Assembly (NCBI GenBank): GCA_004431415.1 | Contig: QPMI01000154.1 | Location: forward strand, 1-64,000 | Length of the DNA stretch: 64,000 nt | Source of the DNA: Cyanophora paradoxa CCMP329 | Lineage: Eukaryota > Plantae > Glaucophyta | Direction of reading: 5' to 3' | Shown: piece after piece, positions 1 through 13,777 of the stretch | How positions within the stretch are numbered: the first letter of the stretch is position 1 | Layout: the number at the start of each line of letters is the position of its first letter | Position numbers and translations under genes: made by a program | The notes under the pieces: generated by a model | Told to the model about the DNA's origin: nothing | Database searches by the model: none | Seen by the model: the letters and a program-made list of their open reading frames with translations, nothing else

Positions 1-227
1 TGGGCCAGGCTAAGTGATTATGATCGCGCTCAGTTTGTCAAGGCATCTAAGCTAATCCGAGAGACAAAACCAGACATTATGTGGGGATTGTACAAAAAGA
101 AAGAGCTGCTAGGATTGCTCAGGCTGCAGCCCAAAATTCTACGCAGCCACAAAATGTGGAGTTATCACCAGCAGATGACCTTGATCTGGACTTATCGATA
201 TCAGAGGCGGATGGGCCGGGCTTTTGA
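1..227 (+). CDS. 3' part of the GKYKG-motif small protein (copy 1 of 22968-23303)
   Basis: Nearly identical to the copy 2 ORF; truncated by the window edge. Confidence 0.6.
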
Positions 228-277
228 ACTCTGAACTAGGCTTAAAGAGATCGCAATCTCAGATTGTAAAGAAAGAC

Positions 278-846
278 ATGGAAGTCACAATTCCAGAGGT
301 TCCTGAAGGCGCTGTAGCAATCCCGCTTGGTGGAATTCGCAATCGCCGCAAAGTCATCATTGCTTATGCTCTTGTTTCACAGGAAGATGCTGATCGTGTG
401 CTTGGATTTCGCTGGAGTTTAGATAATGGATACGCCAAAACCATCATCAATGGTAAGAAGGTAAGAATGCATAATTTCATCAGTGGCGAGTTGGAGAATG
501 GTTTAACTGTTGATCATATAAATCTGAACAAACTTGATAATAGACGCGAAAATTTTCGACTGGCAACAAAGCGGCAGCAGACTCTAAACCAGAATCGGCG
601 GGTCACAAACACCAGCGGTTTCATTGGTGTTCATTCAATCAGCAGCTTGGTAAATGGAAAGCATACTATCAGATAAACGGACATCGGAAACACATCGGCT
701 ACTATACTACTGCTGAAGCTGCTGCTAAAGCCAGAGACACCTATGCCCTTCATCATACGTCCGCCGAGGATAAGCCATTTCTGCATCTGAATTTTACAAC
801 CGAATCCTCTGGCCACCCATCGCATTCTTCATCTGCGACCCAGTAA
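278..846 (+). CDS. HNH-AP2 endonuclease (copy 1; 1-nt frameshift near 630)
   Basis: DHINLNKLDNRREN HNH motif and NTSGFIGV; matches the intact 23354-23923. Confidence 0.85.
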
Positions 847-1424
847 CATTTGGCTCGAAAACATTTGGAGTTGCAGGTTTTACTTCGGCAGAGTCAAGCG
901 ATTGCTCGGCTTTAGCTTTTTCGTTTTTCAGATACCGCAAATCCGGCACGTCCATGGGTCTGTGCTTAAACATCTCGCTTCGCAACATCTCGCGGATCTT
1001 AGCTCTTTCTTGCTTATTTTACATATGATTCGATATTAGCCGACCTCGCTTCTAGATCACGCAATTTGGCAGCCAACTCGTCAATCTGACTTTTTGACAC
1101 TGTTGCTGTCTTGATTTTCGGCCCTGAATAACGTGGTTCAGACGCCATGGCTTGGATAATTCTAGCAGCATCATCATCAATATCGTACTGCATTTCAGAT
1201 ACAGTTTTGACCTGGCTTTGTCGGTCGTCAACCGCACTGGCATTAGCTGCTGCCGAGGCGATCGTTTTAGCAACGGGTGCATTAAGACGTGGGTCACTAG
1301 CTAGTTCACCGCTAGGAGCAGCAACAGCTGCGCCCTCTGTCGCACCACTTTCGATGAGAGGGGCGTTTGGCTCTGGGAGCACCCTTCGTTCACGAAAACC
1401 CTTTCTTGGAATCCCACGTGGCAT
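794..1424 (-). CDS. Hypothetical viral protein (copy 1 of the 210-aa ORF; frameshifted)
   Basis: Two fragments matching 23871-24503. Confidence 0.7.
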
Positions 1425-1433
1425 CTTCTGTTC

Positions 1434-2165
1434 TTATGCTAAGATTTTAAAACGCTTCTTTTTAGAGATAACAGGCGAAGACTCTTCTTTTTAGACTCTC
1501 TTCTTGTCTTGTCTTAGCCATTTAGAGAAACGAAAACTCTTATCTTCAACAGCTTTATCAACATACCAGGCAGTATCATACTTCGTTCCATCAAGGACTA
1601 GGCACTGATAATCATGCGCCCAAGTCTCGAACAAAGCAATAAACTCATCTTTCGGGAGATGACTAAATTCTCTATAAATTGCCTCGAGCTCGGTATGATT
1701 AGAGTAACTGAAGAAAAAACAATAGTCGGAGTTCGATCTTATAGATTGACTCAATGCTGTAAGCTTTTGGGTCATAAGAATCGTACTGATATTAAAATGA
1801 CGACCTTGTGTAAAAAGTCGATTAACGGTCTTGCTATTTCGCAGATCAACAGTTTCAGAGGCAGCAACGAGATCATCCAATACAAGCAATATCTGCGGCG
1901 CTTTCTTTTTGTTTTCAATCAAATTTCGCTGTGAATCAATGATTTCTGCAACGATAGATGGCTGAAAATCGTCGTAAAGCTCTTTAGTTATTGCAGAGTA
2001 TTCACCATTGAATTTGGTGGCCGTAAACACTACGACGCGATTGATCTTTGGATAAAGCAGTCGAAGCAAATGCTTTGTGCAATAGAAAGACTTCCCACTA
2101 TTAGACTTTGAAATGAATAGGGCTTTGAATGGAACCCTCATATCGCTAGGCTGGAACTGATCCAT
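1434..2165 (-). CDS. A32-like packaging ATPase (copy 1)
   Basis: SKSNSGKS, LLVLDD, QGRHFNIS motifs. Confidence 0.9.
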
Positions 2166-2227
2166 CAAAAAATAGTCGGCAGACAAGCTGCCTCGGCTGC
2201 GCCCAACTACCGAGATTAGCAGATTCT

Positions 2228-3598
2228 CTAGAGGTTAACTTTGCGAAGACCCGCAGCATCAACAATTAGGACAGTGTGCAGGAGAGCGCGAATTTGGACG
2301 TAAATCTTGTTGTTAGCATCATACGCAGCAGGGTTCATGATATTCAGGAAGCAGCTGCTCGAGTTCGTCAGATCTACGAAACCAGTTTGAGCAGCATTTC
2401 GGATCGATTTATCCCCACTAATGCAAAATGGCAAACCAGTCAGAACATATCGATTAAGAGGCGCGTCGAGATTTGAGCACTTGAAGACATCAGCGATGAG
2501 TTCAGCACCTTGCAATAGAGGAACAGGCTCGTTTGAATAAAGCCGCTGGCCATTCAATTCGCAGGAAATAGTGATATCACGAGTATTCGCCTCGGTTTTG
2601 AGGACACTGTGTTTTCCGTCAGTTTGGTTCATGTTTGGCTGTTTGCGAATGCTAACGAACAGACCGTAGCAAAGTCCACTGATTTGAGACAGATTAATCC
2701 GGGTGGGCGCTCCCGCACCAGCATATGTAATTGAATCAGCATCAACCCAGCCGACATCGGTAGCGGGAATGGCAATCCCCGAAGATTTGACTTTCTCAAT
2801 CACCTGGGCAAAAGTGGCCTCATCAACATTGATGCAGTGAGCTATAATCTTCGGATTCGAAAGCTCGGGTTTTTCAGGAGTGACAGTGAGGACATTGGGA
2901 GTTATATTCTGGCCGATGTTTGCAGGGGATGCAGCAGCGGCTCCCACGCTCCCGAGTCCATCTTCTTTAGTCGCATCACCGCCTATGGCATATTCCGTTA
3001 CAAACCTACCACCATAGCTGGTCTCAACAAAGCCCTGGGCACGATCACGGAACCAAACCTCGACAGACACCTCGCCAGAAAGAGCACCAATTGGGAGCAC
3101 AGAACCCTCCCATGGACAGGGGATTTTTACACTGAAAATACCTCCAGTGCGATTTGTCCCCTGAGGTGGTGTTCCATGTAGCCAGCCACCTGACCGGTAT
3201 TTCTTTTTGAGCTGAGCATCATCATTGAAATCAGAGCGCTGTGAACAAGCCAGTCCTCAGGGACGATGTAGCTGTAGGAAGCATATTTGATTTCAATTCG
3301 CTTTACAAGAGCACCAACAGACCGCAGATAACCAGTGCGAACAGGTCAGTGTCACAGTAAAAGCGGTCAGCTCGGGCAGGGTAAACTGGAGTTCAAGCCC
3401 TGAAGGAAATTGTAACGGGGTAGAATAAGTAACTCTTTCCGAAGCAGTCTCCATAGTCATTGCTAGGGTTGACAACGACACGACAGGCTTGTTTGGCTGG
3501 TTAGACTAACATAAGCTGTTATTCATAAAGAAATCTAGCTTCTGCGGAGTTGTGAGCAGCTCTTTAGACAAGACGTTGCAAGTTCTGGGTAACTCCAT
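2228..3598 (-). CDS. Major capsid protein (copy 1; many indels in the 5' part)
   Basis: Matches 25337-26724. Confidence 0.75.
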
Positions 3599-3720
3599 TG
3601 AAGTGTTTATAATTCAACGGAAGAAAATAATTCAGGCTTAGCGCCGCGAGCCAGCTTGGCGCAGCGGTCGCTGTGCGGAGCCAAGTGGCTCCTGCTTCGC
3701 TTGTCTGCGACTCTGGCGAC

Positions 3721-4649
3721 TCAGTTGACGATTGATCCAGGATATGTTTTGACTTTCTGGAGCTGAAGCTTGGCGAGCTCGTAGACAACATCGCATTGGG
3801 TTCATCTGGCCATAACGAATTTCGAGTATAATGAGACAGACCTCCATTTAATCAGCATTCGCTGCATAAATCGTAATCTCATAGTCACAGAGTAGAGGTC
3901 CAGCTTTGAATAAATATACTTGTACAAGGATGTGCTTCAGTTGATATAGTATGCTATCTCGCTGGACGAAGGACGCTTGGAATGCTCAGCTTCGAGAAGA
4001 GCCAGTATTGACGTGTTCGGCATACTGACAAGGTCACCAATTTCAGGAATTCGTAGGAGCACATGATCATCAGGAGTGACATCAGGCTCATAAGCGCCTG
4101 CTATATATTCAGTATTTATAGATAATGTCTTTGACCGAATCGGTAGAATCGATCTCAGCCCTAGAAGCTTTGCAGTTCGCTGAGCCCTTGCAACGGCCTG
4201 GTAGTTTCTGACTTCCCGCCCACCCTGGTTCGTTGGCAACATCAGAGCAATAAAGAACTCGAAGTTAGCTGTGAACCCTATTAATTTGATCGCTGAATTA
4301 TACGTGCACGTGATACCTGTTCCGTCAACCTTTCGTTTATCTCTGTCACAAGCGAGGTAGTCGTAATTTCCAGGTGGAATTGCAATGTTATTCCACGCTC
4401 CAAATCCGGCCTGAGGTGGGTCGGGTCCTTCATTAGTGGGATCATATTTGCACCAATATATATAGGTGTTAAAGACTAAATCCTCTGCCGATCGAGTACA
4501 TCGATTGTGCTCATAGTGTTGGGGATCTCAGCTGATACCAAGCGCACGGCTTTCACATCCTGATAAATTTAGGCAGTCTTACTTTAAATTCGAGGTGGAT
4601 GTCAGCTCCTCGCTTGGTGACTTGCAATGCAGACGTAGTCCGTAGGCAT
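3721..4649 (-). CDS. Minor capsid/penton-like protein A (copy 1; frameshifted)
   Basis: Matches 26855-27811. Confidence 0.75.
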
Positions 4650-4675
4650 CTTTTTTATATCAGTTAGAGAATAAA

Positions 4676-5589
4676 ATGGTCAAAGACAAGCATCGACGCT
4701 GCGCCAGGCTTACCTTTGACAGCAGAGACAGAAGGCCAATCGATTCAGAGGCAAACTTCGTGCTCGAAATCAATGAACCGATAATCAATCCAGTTGCTGT
4801 TCGACTAACCAGTGTGAGTTCGCAAACAGCCTTTACACCAGCATTAAAGCTGAGTATCTTTCCATCACCTTTCCCTACTTGGAACGCAAAACGTGGAGGT
4901 GTTTGAGCCTGGCATAATTACGACTGCAAATCTGGGCGAAACAGATATTTACAACTTTGGCCTATCATTTAATATTGAGCTAGAAGGGATTTCAATTGCG
5001 TATTTTAAACTATTTCGAGACCCAGAGACGCTGAAAATGTCTGCGTATTGCAACGTTCCTGCACACTGACCTGCCAGTTCAAAGCCTTATCGAATCTGCT
5101 CGGGCTGAACCGAAATGAGCCCCTCCAGCTGTCTCCTATTGTGCTTGAAGGGCCGCAAAGACCAGCAACTGCAGCTGAGCGGTATCTAGAGGTTGCTGGC
5201 ATTCCAGTGACACCTGCTCACCTGAGTACGGCGTGGATTTCACCGGAAGAATGCAGAGTATAGCACTTGGTTACGCCGTCGAATTTCCAAAGATAATCGA
5301 CATGAACAGCGACCAGTACCTCTTCCTTGTCTGCGAAGAGCTACGGCCGTTTGCTTCGAAGCTTCGCCGTGGGGCTAAATCAATGTGTAATTACGGGCTC
5401 GCTCGAATCCAGATGAGCCAGGATGTTGGCAAGTTCGTTTATATAAATCAGGAAAATGACGGCGAGTGGATCCACATCGAAGAGCGCCTGGTGCTGACCT
5501 CTCTGCGACTGCGCATTGTCGACAGAGATGGTGATGACGTCTCTCTGAATGGCCTGCCTTGGTCTGGTGAACTGCAATTTCTAGTTTAG
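4676..5589 (+). CDS. Minor capsid/penton-like protein B (copy 1; frameshifted)
   Basis: FDSRDR start and IVDRDGDDVSLNG end; matches 27839-28756. Confidence 0.75.
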
Positions 5590-7056
5590 GTAACGTCCCG
5601 AAATCAAGCCGGAACGCGTTCACATTTATAAATTCGTTTGTTATAATTTGCACATAGTTATACACCTGTGGGGTGATCAAGTGCGAGTCACTATGCATTA
5701 TATCGAAGCCTGTCATAGATGGGTTTGCAGCAAGCACATTGGCTAGGACCGTATTTTCAAATAGTGACCCGTCTCGTAAATATCCTAAATTGGTCAGAAT
5801 GCTGAAATTAAATAGGACTCCGGCGGCAAAGGCTGGCCCATACATAATTATTTGATGTAGCTCAAAAGGCTTAGGAAACTCGACTTTGATCCAGGGATTA
5901 GGTAAAGTGCCCCCTTGGAACCCTGTTGAGTTAGGTCGAACGTGAGAAGGTGGGTGCAATTCCTCAAAGTCGTTGCTTGTGATGTTTGCATCTGGAATTA
6001 TAAACCAGTTGACATCAAATGGCGGCTCAACTGTTAAGGTAGACGATATGATAAGTCTCTCATCGTTCAGTAGGTCGTAGTTCGCCAGTAGAAAGCTGCA
6101 GAGTGCATTTATTTTAGCATTTATTCGGTTTGTTTCAGCCATAAATCAGTCGTGGAAATCAAATAAGAAATATTCGAAGGGGAGGCATCATCAAGCTTGC
6201 TCATAACTGCAGCTGGCAGCGGAACACTTAAACGCCAGTATCTAGTTAAATTTCTATCTGCATCAACTGGAAGCAGCTCCTGCATTTGAAAGTGCGATTC
6301 CAGCTCGCTCCCAGCCATTAGCATAGAAATAATTGGGCTGCCTGAGAGGGATAAGATCCAGCCAGGGCGCCCAGCCTGACGTCTCCGCATTCGAAAAGCC
6401 TGCAGTCAGTTGCTCACTGGCTTGGACCTCACCACAGCTGATGCTCACAAGAACAATTGGATCCTCTGCATCATAAATTTGCTGGCGTGGCTTAGCGCTG
6501 CAACTGAGGGATTATTTAAACAGGCGATGGCCCCATCAACAAGGTTTTTGTCTCCTAGAACCTTCGGTGGAAAGAATGTTGGCGCTGCAGAAGATGCTCT
6601 AACTGCATCACGAATCAGCGTGCTCGAGTATGGCCCATCTTTGGTGAAAACTACGGGCTGCATCCGAACTGTATCAAACGCTGTAATTAATATGTCTTTG
6701 GTCGATTCTGCAATTGTGTAGTCTAGGCAACGTCTGTGAGCACCGACTCCAGAGGGTTTCCATCATAGCGGCTTCCTGAGAGCAAGCTTGTGAGTGATCT
6801 CGGATTTGCGAATATTACAGGTAGGTTCGTTTGATATAAACTGAAGATATCACCTGCAGAATATCGATAAGCGAGAACAGAGCCTGGAGTTGATGGATAG
6901 CCAAACCGGCCGCTATTATTGCCCCTGTTGAGGTGCCTGCAAAGAAATCAAACAGCTGTGGAATTGCTTTCCAGTAATCGCCTCGATCCGCTGTAGAATT
7001 CGGGCAATGACTATGCCACGAGCACCTCCACCTGATAGTGAGAGAATGACCTTCAT
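5581..7056 (-). CDS. Patatin-like phospholipase (copy 1; frameshifted)
   Basis: SGGGARG, GTSTG, SSAAPTFF and DGA found in the fragments. Confidence 0.85.
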
Positions 7057-7080
7057 TTTTAAAAGGGGGCTTATATAAAA

Positions 7081-10000
7081 ATGTCCTACATCTTGAAGAA
7101 GCCAGTACCACTTCGTAAAGCTCCAGATTTTGTGGATGATCGGCATATAAATATTCGCGTATTTGGGAGTACTCTAATTGACTACAATGCTGACAAAGAT
7201 ATACACCAGACTGAGTTTAATCGCCCAGCTGCATTAATTCTGCGCAACGCACATGTTGGCGCCCCAGATATTGCACAGAGATTTTGTCTGGGTCCAGCTG
7301 AGAATTATGTTGCTGAAATAATCGGATCCAGGGCGTTGCCGCGGCACCTGCGAATTGCCTCCTCAGGCACAGTTTCCAAATATGATTCTGGTAGATTAAT
7401 CTTTAGGCTCCAAAATGATAGAGGGGTCCACACATCAGCTCTACGTCTAATTGATGAATCCAATGCTGTCACAAACAAGACTGCGGCTCACATTACAGGG
7501 CGAATTCTCCTTGGCGAAGAGTCGCAGACAAGCCGAAGGCAAGGAGCCACTTGTGCTCCGCACAGCGACGCTGCGCCTGCTGGAATATCAGTGCTAGCAT
7601 CGCAAATCCAGCCGTTTCCCTGGGATCTACTTTTTACAGCTGCACGAGAAGCGAATATTTTATACGGTTTTGATGTAAATCAAATCGATACTGAGCCAGC
7701 CACCAGGTTAGATATTCCTGGATGCACCTTGGGCTCTATCCTGATTGAAGCTGACAGGCACCTGCTCCCTGCGTTGCATGACAGCTACGATCTAGGGCTC
7801 CGCACCAGGCAGTGGCGAAATATTCATGGAACAAATATTTATCAGGATGGTAAGAAGGTTAGCACTGAAGAGGAGGTGATCAACATTTTCAACTACTACT
7901 TCGGACCTATTCTCCCTATACCACCTATACCACCTCTTCCAGGGCTACCGAAGCCGCCAACCCGGACGGCCCAGGTCGAGAGCGAGTTGCTGATGAAACA
8001 GTTCCTTTCGGTCAACATATTGTCAGTTGGGAGCAAGTTCGCAATAAACCTATCTTCGAACCGAAAAAGCAAATAGATGAACAGTATTTACCTCCTGAAA
8101 TCGATATATTAGAGCTTGAAGAATACCAATTTGTCCCAGATGAGGAAGAGTATTTACCTGACGGTTTCGACCCGCAAGAGTATGAATATGATCAATATGA
8201 CCCCAATGAGGAAGAGTATTTACCCGATGGTTTAGATCCACAAGAGTATGAGTATGAACAGAACTATGAACCCACGAGGATTATTTAGCAGATGGCCTCG
8301 AGCCTCCTGCTGTTGAGTATGCGCAGCCTTATGAACACCATGAGGAATTATTGCCAGATGGTTTACAACCTGAGATTTTTGAGATGTACCTTGACTGGGA
8401 GCAGATCAACAATAAACCGCGAGATATCCACCAGAGGATCACAACCATGACTGGGATGAGATCTTAGGTAAACCTGAGAAATATCCACCTGAAGATCACA
8501 GGCATGATTGGGGCGATATTGATGGAATACCACCTGAGTTTCCGCCGGAAGACCATTTACATATTTGGAGCGAAATACGAGAGCAGCCACTTTTGCATCA
8601 GCAGGTAATGTTTTACTAGGAGATATTAACAATGGGGTAAGTCTCTACCAAAATATAGACACACCAGAAAGATTACAATTAAATGATTACTATGTGAATC
8701 GCAAAGGAATCGATGCAGGCACCACAATGGAAGGCGAATTATACATTAGACCCCCTACAAGAAATGGAATATTGGGACTTGGTGGTGGTATTGAAATTAA
8801 AGACACCAAACCAGGTATCTATCTTACCAGCTACTATGCAGATGACATCCCAATGACAGGAGGATTGATCTCTCTACCATCTGATCCAGCAAACTATGAT
8901 GATAAAAACGCAGCAATCCAAATTAATGTTACTGATGTGAGTGATTTAGATTCATCAAGACCGAAATTAATATTCAGCAGAGAGAGATTGTTACCAGATG
9001 CACTTTTGGGAACCGAGATGACTATAAACAATGCGAGGTTGCATGGATTAAAACGAATTATAATGGTGGAGTTGGTGAGGGAGTTTTAGAAATTAATCAG
9101 AGGGCAGCAGCAAAGAATATTCACAATGAGACCATATCAAGAGTGGTAACAGAGGATTATCTGAGAGACAATGGAGCAACAATCATCGCAGGAATTGCTG
9201 TGGAGGGTGCTTACCTTCCTCTCACTGGTGGAACTGTCACAGGTGATGTTCATGCTCCGAATTTCCTTGTTGATACTCCAAATGCTCAGACATTTCCTGT
9301 TGTTCACCCAGGTGCTGAATATATATTAGATGCAAACACTCCAATTAGTAGAGTCGAATTACCAACGAATTTCACCTTTAATCTTGTGGATGTGTTCCCA
9401 AACAGCCATAATCTCATGTATTTCTCTTCTGAGAATTACCTTTCAGGTGCATTTTCGCCCATTGAACTCTCCATACCAAAGCAAAAGGTGAGCTACAAAG
9501 AACTCACAGATGTCCCGGCAGGATTTAGTGGTAAATGGACTGATATTACGGAGAAGCCAACTTGGAGTAGTGTAGCATTCACAGGTGATTACTATGATTT
9601 ATCAAGAATTCCCGATTTCACCACTTATATACCTCGTTGGATTGATCAAAGTGTAATTATATCAGAATCTACACTCCCTTTCAATGGGACATGGGATAGA
9701 CTATTTACTAAACCGAATTTGCATGCTGTGGCTACAAGTGGTGACTACAATGATTTAACTAACACCCCTACTGCACCGACCTTGCATGCTGTGGCTACAA
9801 GTGGAAACTATAATGATCTCGTTAATACACCAAACTTGCATGCTGTGGCTACAAGCGGGAACTATGACGATTTAATTAACACACCCACTTCGCCACCTAC
9901 TCACAATCACAGCATAGAGTTGCTTACGAATTTCGGTAATTATGTGAATGCAAATGCATATGTGCAACAGGGGACAGCGAATGTAGTCATTCCTGCCGGA

Positions 10001-10315
10001 GTCTATTACAAAGGGGATTTTACCACAGTATCGGGAACCGTTACATTTTCTACCCCATATAATAGTGATCCAATAGTTAATGCTACTCTCGAAAATGATA
10101 TTATCTTAACAAGTGTCAATTTTACAAACAGCATATATATCTCCGCTGAATTTGTGAGTGGGAACCGTGTTGGTTTCAAAAATAAATTCACTTGGATTGC
10201 TATATTTACTTGTTACTCGGACATCAATTATACGAATGTGCCCCAAAACGAAAGAACCCTTAAACTCCATTGGATTGCTGTCGGACCTCTCCAAAACAAT
10301 AATATTCTCACGTAA
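7081..10315 (+). CDS. Large fibre-like protein (copy 1; frameshifted)
   Basis: Fragments match the 1079-aa ORF at 30256-33495. Confidence 0.8.
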
Positions 10316-10335
10316 TTATAAAGAGCAATTTAAAG

Positions 10336-11292
10336 ATGACAACTGTATTCACGCCTGTGTTTTCTTTGAGTGCAAGTGCTGTCCACAATGTCCAACACAC
10401 TGTTTATGATTTATCTCCAAGCCACCCTTCGACTGAGACAGCGAAAACCGATTCTTTTAATGACCAAAGCATACTCAGAGTCAAAGAACTCCGAGCTGAC
10501 AAGGCTGATGGAGTCGTTAAAGCTACTCAAATGATCGTATCTAATCGACCCGCAATCTCTTCGGGGCTGGTCACCAAAGAAAATCTATATGAAGGTCAAC
10601 AGGATTCCAAAACGGCTTTTAATCCGGCTGATAGGAATTCGGCGGCTTTTCAAGTTTACAGTGGTGGGGCATGGATTGGGACTGGACTGAGTGTGAATGG
10701 GACAGTGACAGCGACTTCTTATGGGGCTGTGAGTGCAACCACTGGGACGTTTTCAGGTCTCTTGACAGGAAATGGTGGAGTGAAAACAACTTCTGTCGAT
10801 TCAGGAGCAGATTCTGATATAGTTTTGAAGCGAAATAATACAACGATAGCCACCATCACAACTTCTGGTCTCAGTTTGGCGGATACTAAATATTTGAAGG
10901 CTAATTTTTACCCATCATGTCGTGTTTATCATGCAACATCTACTGCTTATACAGCTGGTCAGGTGATCAAATGGGCAAACATTTACTACAATGTTGGGGG
11001 ATGCTATAATTCAGCTACTGGTATTTTCACATGCCCTGTGGCTGGGATGTATGGTGTATCTTTTGGTGCATATGCTGATTCATCTACCTGTGATGTTGTG
11101 TGTCGACACAACGGTTCATCTACATTTTTAAGTCTTTTGAGTATAAAAACAACTTCAACACAAGGAGGAAGCCCTTGTGCAACATTTAAAGCCAATTCGG
11201 GCGATTACTTTGATGTTGCTGTGTCCCAAGGGACAGCATCAATTATCGCAAGTCAACAGAGTTTCTGTGTTGCATTAATTTATGCAGTATAA
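10336..11292 (+). CDS. Fibre/spike protein with C-terminal C1q domain (intact here, 318 aa)
   Basis: NVGGCYNSATGIFTCPVAGMY...GDYFDV...SFCVALIY is a C1q signature; N-terminal module shared with two downstream ORFs. Confidence 0.85.
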   Translation: MTTVFTPVFSLSASAVHNVQHTVYDLSPSHPSTETAKTDSFNDQSILRVKELRADKADGVVKATQMIVSNRPAISSGLVTKENLYEGQQDSKTAFNPADRNSAAFQVYSGGAWIGTGLSVNGTVTATSYGAVSATTGTFSGLLTGNGGVKTTSVDSGADSDIVLKRNNTTIATITTSGLSLADTKYLKANFYPSCRVYHATSTAYTAGQVIKWANIYYNVGGCYNSATGIFTCPVAGMYGVSFGAYADSSTCDVVCRHNGSSTFLSLLSIKTTSTQGGSPCATFKANSGDYFDVAVSQGTASIIASQQSFCVALIYAV

Positions 11293-11313
11293 TAAAATGT
11301 TTTGCTATAATAA

Positions 11314-11562
11314 ATGTCGAACATCTACCAAGTGGTTCTAACTGATACTGAAAAACTGGGAATGGAATACTGTGCCTACTCTGTTCAGGATTGGATCGAT
11401 AATGCTGCTCATAATCGGGCGAGAATTGCGATTGATGAGATTGTGGACAAAGAAGTTAAATCGTGTATTGCCGCTGGAATTCCGATTCCACTCACAAAGG
11501 AAGCGATTGTAGAGCAAGCGTTTGCAAGGGGACTGTTCGAAAGGCAAGCGAAATTCCTGTGA
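11314..11562 (+). CDS. 82-aa phage-like fibre-associated protein (copy 1)
   Basis: Identical protein to 34493-34741. Confidence 0.75.
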   Translation: MSNIYQVVLTDTEKLGMEYCAYSVQDWIDNAAHNRARIAIDEIVDKEVKSCIAAGIPIPLTKEAIVEQAFARGLFERQAKFL

Positions 11563-11707
11563 GTGCTCCTATGTAAAGAACTCGAATTCGAAGAATGAGA
11601 GATGGGTTAATTGTTATTTTTCATAGATCATGCATAAGAAAGGCATGTATCTTGCATGTCCTTCTTGAAAGTCGTTTATTTTTCTTTCCTTCTTAGTAAA
11701 AGAAGCA

Positions 11708-12550
11708 ATGGGTGAATATAATCGAGTTCAACTTCCAATATATTCCTTGGATCCCTGCTATGCACTTTCGCCAGCATGAAGTAAATGATGAGGTTCGTGG
11801 ATTAGAATCCACAGAGAGACCCAATTCCAATGGTAACTCCTTTGATAAGAATTCGATTATTCGAGTTAAAGAACTTCGAGCCGACAAAAACTCAGGTGTG
11901 GTTAAAACAACTCGACTTCTTGTGACTAATGCCAACTTCTTTCAACCTACCAATGGAGGCCCTGATGCTTACAGTGTAAATCTGAAAGCTCTTGATTTCG
12001 ATAAAAACACTGCTGCTGCTACAATTCGTTCAGGCGGTGCTTTTATTGGTGGAGGTTGCCGTGTATCCGGTCAACTCTCTTCATCTGTTTCGTTTAATGA
12101 TGTCCCTGATACTCTCGATCAAAATGTAGAGAATCCACAGCGTATTAGATTATATACACCTGTTGCACAGCAACCATTTGTTCAATTTTACGTAGGTTAT
12201 ACAGTTACACTTGCAACCTCTGAACTAATTGAAGGAACCAAAAGAGTAATGAGAGGTCTCGCCATTCCAAACGCCATGCTCTCTTTATGTAGAGCCAACA
12301 ACAACCAGCCAGGTCACAGGTACTATTTCAGTGTGCAGGGATATGATCATTTCGGCACAGGCTTCTGTGTTTATAACAATAATTTCACTTACGATTTGTT
12401 TGTTACAGACATTGGCAAATATACTATAACAATTATCGGTTTGAGAACAGATATAGCAGCTGTTTCAGTTCTCAGAGGTGTTACTCCTGATACTCTTTCA
12501 GTATCAGGGTTTTACCAGGAACCAGATGTGATCGATGACCCACTCCCTAA
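11708..12550 (+). CDS. Fibre-family paralog 2 (copy 1)
   Basis: RVKELRADK module; matches 34887-35732. Confidence 0.75.
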
Positions 12551-12574
12551 AATATATATATATGTTTAATATAA

Positions 12575-13405
12575 ATGGCTGAACCACCTCCAATTGAGCG
12601 TATTGTTACAGCACAGCTTTCATTAGCTGCACCAGCTAACCACGTTCTGCAGCATGCTACTTTCGATGATGTAGAAGGTCTGCAATCAACAGAGGTTCAA
12701 CCTACGATGAACACCTTCGGTTCCACCCATAAACTGAGATTGCAGGAACTCAGGTGCGATAAAAATAATGGTATAGTTAAGACCACGAAATTACTTGTAA
12801 CTAATGCGAATTTTAGTGCCCATTATGGTGATCCAGACAGTTATGGCGCCCTCTTTCGACTTATTCTTTCGAGTCTAGGTCAGGAGCTATTAACTGCAAG
12901 ACGGGGGAGCATATATTGGTGATGGTTTGCGGGTTGGTGGAGCTGTTGGTGCTCCTCTCTTTGTTAATGATCAACCAAACCCTATTGATCCTAACACGAG
13001 AATTCGAACCTATTTGCCAAGTATGAATGCACCATATATTATAAAGATCTTCCAATCGTTGTTAATGAGCAGACATCAGTAGTTGATTCTCTTGTGGAAA
13101 TTGGTGACCACTACAAGGTGGTTGTTGATATCCCTCCAGACGTCTACGCTGTTTGTCAAGTAGAGGGTGGAACCCCAAACATTGCTGTGGTGATTACTCC
13201 ATATGATAATTTCGGGATCGCTTATCATGGTGTAAATTTCGGCCTTGAAGACTACCAGTTCTTGGTGAGAGCTACAAAATTCGGTATTTATAAATGCATT
13301 CTCTATGCAGAAAGAACCGATGCTATCGCAAGGCAGAATACCTATGCGGAGTACTACGGCACTAATAGGTACTTCCCCATTTTCGGACAGGATACTGCCC
13401 CGTAG
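12575..13405 (+). CDS. Fibre-family paralog 3 (copy 1; frameshifted)
   Basis: Matches 35757-36590. Confidence 0.75.
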
Positions 13406-13440
13406 AGAATATCCCTAATTATTTGCCGAGACCTCTGATA

Positions 13441-13683
13441 ATGGCCTCATGTCTTGCAGGAGTGTTTGAGTTGCTGCGTCACTTCCATTCACATGCTCGC
13501 CTACAGTCGCATTGTTGCACAGCGGATCTTGACCTTTCCTTTGGTGGTGATCATGACAGCAACAGCGCCAACCGTGAAGCTGAACACGAAATTCTTCAGC
13601 ACGTAGAAGATCCCGCACCGCCCGGTGTGCACTACCAGAGGGCCGCTCCGTCAATAATGTACCATCTATATCAGGATGCTTGA
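13441..13683 (+). CDS. Small 80-aa viral protein (copy 1 allele)
   Basis: Differences from copy 2 are mostly synonymous in this frame. Confidence 0.7.
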   Translation: MASCLAGVFELLRHFHSHARLQSHCCTADLDLSFGGDHDSNSANREAEHEILQHVEDPAPPGVHYQRAAPSIMYHLYQDA

Positions 13684-13777
13684 AGGCTCGCTGAGGTGGC
13701 CTCGACATCATTTTGTTTGCTTTTGAAAAAAGAAACAGGGACAGCCAGCCGTTTCAAACACATAGATAGCTTTTTAT